Notes under the pieces: model-generated
Databases searched by the model: none
The model's input: only the letters and a program-made list of their open reading frames with translations
Told to the model about the DNA's origin: nothing
Position numbers and translations under genes: made by a program
From: Monocercomonoides exilis PA203
Lineage: Eukaryota > Protista > Preaxostyla
Length of the DNA: 64,000 nucleotides
NCBI GenBank assembly: GCA_001643675.2
Contig: LSRY02000021.1
Span: 310,001 to 374,000, forward strand
Reading direction: 5' to 3'
Shown here: one piece after another, positions 60,601-64,000 of the stretch
Position numbering within the stretch: the stretch's first letter is position 1
Layout of the letters: each line of letters starts with the position of its first letter

Positions 60601-63600
60601 TAACCGATCTTTCAGCAGACAAAGCAGCACAGAACCAATTTTCATTTGCACTACATGAACTAGACTTGGAACCACCTCCTTCTTGGAACCGAGAGATAAT
60701 GCTTTTAACAAGTGATAACATTTTTGAAACAGGTGCTGCACATAATGAATACTCATATAATTGTGCCACATCGCTGAAAGTCGATGCTCCATTCCCAACG
60801 CACTTCTTCATTACAGATGCACCGAATGAGGAAAAATGCACGAAGTTGGATAACGCAATTACAAGAGTGCTGCTTGATCATCTTGTACTACCAGTGAAGA
60901 GCATGAATCGCGAAGATTTCTCAGAAAAGGAAGTGAGAGAGAAACAGATGGATTGCTATTGTTGTGTGCTGATATGGATGATCTCCTGCATCCATCACTC
61001 AAAGGCACAATCAGAGGGCAATGAGTTGATCATCTCAACGCTCCCATTTGATGAGTCTTTTTTCATTCCTCTTGTAAAGTTCATGTTTATACAGATTAAG
61101 AAAAAGCATCGTGGTGCATCAATTGAGAAGAACAAATGGAAAGTTCTTCATCTTCTTCTTTATTTATCGTTCGTATCATACAAATATGCAGTGGAAGTGA
61201 AGGATACTATCCTTCGGGTGGACAACCTTCTATCTTCTTTTGATGGCAAGTCTGCATTGAATATATATAATGTTGATTCAAAAAATGGACTTTCTTCTCT
61301 GAATTTCTATCTTCCGTGTCCAGATTTTATGAAATTAGATTCACATTGGGAAAAACCATATTTTACAATTCCACCTGCACCTGGATTGATTCAATTATTT
61401 TTACTGTTCAGCATCATTGACAACACATTTATGAGCACATTTCTTGAGAAAGTGAACATGCCCCATTGGATAGATCTGATTGTACATAATTTCGAAGAAA
61501 ACGATGAATGTGATGAATTGACTGAGGCCTTAAACTTTTCTTTAATAAATTTTCTTGTTCTTCGATATCCGATTTATTCGTATTGTGTGTTTAATGCATT
61601 TTTCAATGGAAGTGGCAAATTTACTGAGGAAAACACTGAACTTTTCATCCGATTTCTGGGTGACTGCTTCTTCCCCATCGGGCACCAGCTGTGTCTTGCC
61701 AATTCGTCCACCTCAAAGGCAATGTGGAACGATCAGCATGGATTTATTCCCGTTTCGCTATCCATTTTCAAAAAGGATGCCGAAATACCAAGTGAAATGC
61801 GGATTGGATTGAAGAGAGATTCCGGATTGCGTGTTATTTTTACACCACACATAGAAATTTGTATGAAATATTTTTTTGTAAATCCAACAAATATCCTATT
61901 TCTAGAAACAAATCTGGCTATACTCTCGAAAATGAACTACTCAAACGCAATCCAAGAATTACAGCGAACCATTTCTTCTCTCTTTATGAAGCATTGCGAA
62001 ACTCTTATGAATTATTCTCCTTCTGATTCAACAAATCTGTTACCATGTTTGGACATTGTTGACTGCTTCATTCAATTCTATTCCAAGTTGCTTGTTTGCC
62101 AAAGACAAGATATTTTAAAATCGTGCGACACGATCTGCCAGCAGCTCGATAATTATCATGATTCAAAGTTGATGTGCCCTCAATCATCATCGTTATCACC
62201 TTCTCTTTCTCTTTCTTCTTCTTCTTCTTCTTCTTCTTCTTCTTCTTCTTCTTCTTCTTCTTCTTCTTCTTCTTCTTCTTCTTCACCATCTATTGTCTGT
62301 TCTGAATTAACAAATGCCCCCGTATTGGATGTTCCTGCATTGCCCCATCTCACAAATGTTATATTCGATGAAAATCACACAATTGTGCCAGACGATATCA
62401 CGCAGCTTGATTTCATTCGTTTGTTGCTTGCTCATACCTCGTGCTCTATAAAAACAGCATTACGCATTCAATCACTAAAGCTTCTGCATTACCTTCTTCC
62501 ACTTGTTCCTGATATCGTTGCAGGCTCATCAAAACACTCCTTTTTGTTCGACATGTTATTCTGTTTAACTACTGAACTCAATATAGCCTTCAAATATTGC
62601 GACTTTTTGGAGGGATATACAGAAGATTTCCCGTTTCGTTTCAATATTTGGGGAAAGTATTCATGCTGCCCAAACGTTGATCGATCATTTATTATTCTAG
62701 AAACTGACGATTCAAGTGTCGAGGAGAAAGAGCTCCTAGCAACAGAGTTATGTGGATTTTTGGTTGATCTTGTTCTGCAAGCGTCCAAGAAGTTTGAAGA
62801 AATGGTTAAATCCAATAGTACACTGTTTGCGCGGTTTGAATGGAATGACATCGCTTATTTGGAAGATCCGGGTATATCAATGATTAAGATTCCCGATAAA
62901 CCTTCGTTTGCTGTTGTGAAAAGAATACTGATTTCGCTTGAGACTGTTCTGTATTTGATGACCGAGCCTGATAAAGCCAACGAAATGATGAAAATTGATT
63001 ATCACCTTCCGGTTATTTCATATCTTAATTTGAAATCATTGATGAAGAAACATGCCAATTTCAGACATTCTATTTATTCAAACGTTGGAAATGTTGTTGC
63101 TGAAGAGAAAGGAGAAAACGAAAAAAGAAAACAGAAAGTTATGAAAGAGAAAGGAACTGCTAAAACAGAATCACACAAGAGGTATTCTGAAATTCTCAGC
63201 CCCATTGAAAGAGCAGTTGTGGAAAAGTATCAAACCATCAAACAGATTTACATACTCTCTTTGCAGAAGTCAAAAATTGATCCCTCAAAGCTCCACCGTC
63301 CACCGTCAAGAGCCTTTGTTACGTTTGTGTTCAACAGCTTCACACAAAACCCAGTTCTTTTGTATCACGTTTTTAAACTCCCGTTTCCATCTGACCCAAA
63401 CTGGATGAAGGAGGTTGCACTTTCAGAAAGCAACAGCGTCAGTCTTCAGTTGTTTTCAAATATCCAAGACTTAGTTTTCTATTTGCTTGACTCATTGCAA
63501 CAAGCATCAGAAGAGATGAGTGAAACATGTTCTGCCAGTTCAACAGTCGAATTGGAAGCAACAAGAGAAAACGAAAGTTCTCTATGTAATTGCATTCTTT

Positions 63601-63782
63601 CGCTTGGACTGTTCCCACAGAAGCATGATGATATTAATTCAATTTTTGAGGAAAATCTGACGACGATCAAAAATGTGATTGAGATAATTAAAACGTTGAA
63701 AGTGGACCCTGCTTGGTACGAAGATGCTTCAATTATCCTCAACTCCATCGTTAACTCGTTTACAAAACGGCAAAATGTGTAA
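54645..63782 (+). pseudogene. USP9/24/34-like ubiquitin-specific protease gene, catalytically dead and interrupted (pseudogene, recoded gene or assembly errors)
   Basis: Cys box is GIHNPNAMSHIIS..QLYMHPQFR (Cys to Ser). Also QMDP, HLNRFDFD..K.N..F.FP, His box GIVCHSGSAKGGHYYSFIK, WYEFNDS and SAYLLIYER. In-frame TGA at 55398, +1 shift near 55937 and -1 shift near 57290. Confidence 0.75.
62213..62284 (+). repeat. (TCT)n coding trinucleotide repeat (poly-Ser)
   Basis: About 24 near-perfect TCT units in frame in the USP ORF. Confidence 0.9.
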
Positions 63783-64000
63783 ATAATAATGTTTAGCTTC
63801 CTGTAACAGTTGCTGTAACAGGAAGTTTGGGCAATTAAATGATATTTCATCAATTTGTTTATTTGATTGATCTTAAGCAATCACTTTCTATTTGAAAAAT
63901 TGTTATTATTAAAATCAGTGTTTGAAGTTTTAAAATGCATAGTAAATGATGTTAATTCCAAAATAAGTAAGAGCTTTGTTTGAATTATTCAATTTAATTA

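Overview
Gene-dense, intron-containing eukaryotic DNA with AT-rich intergenic and intronic sequence. Introns are short (39-260 nt) GT-AG, and TAA, TAG and TGA all serve as stops. The very long Ser/Glu low-complexity proteins, the giant beta-helix surface protein and the degenerate kinase-like family resemble the oxymonad protist Monocercomonoides; this is an inference from recalled family style, not a database result. I reconstructed the genes by hand. In order: a 3xRRM protein with a >2,300-aa disordered tail running off the left edge; legumain (C13 protease); NECAP; a 4,265-aa single-pass modular surface protein; a 4-TM orphan; a kinase-like pseudogene remnant; IST1; an AAAP/SLC36-type amino-acid transporter; an EF-hand+WD40 giant; ribosomal protein L18a/eL20; a coiled-coil protein; and a large ubiquitin-system locus. 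The last is the most unusual. A DWNN (RBBP6-type ubiquitin-like) domain can be spliced in frame to a USP9/24/34-like deubiquitinase whose catalytic Cys is replaced by Ser. That gene carries two in-frame TGAs and two opposite frameshifts, all in its first third. A MITE-like inverted repeat lies at about 11.2-11.4 kb. No rRNA, tRNA or CRISPR was seen.
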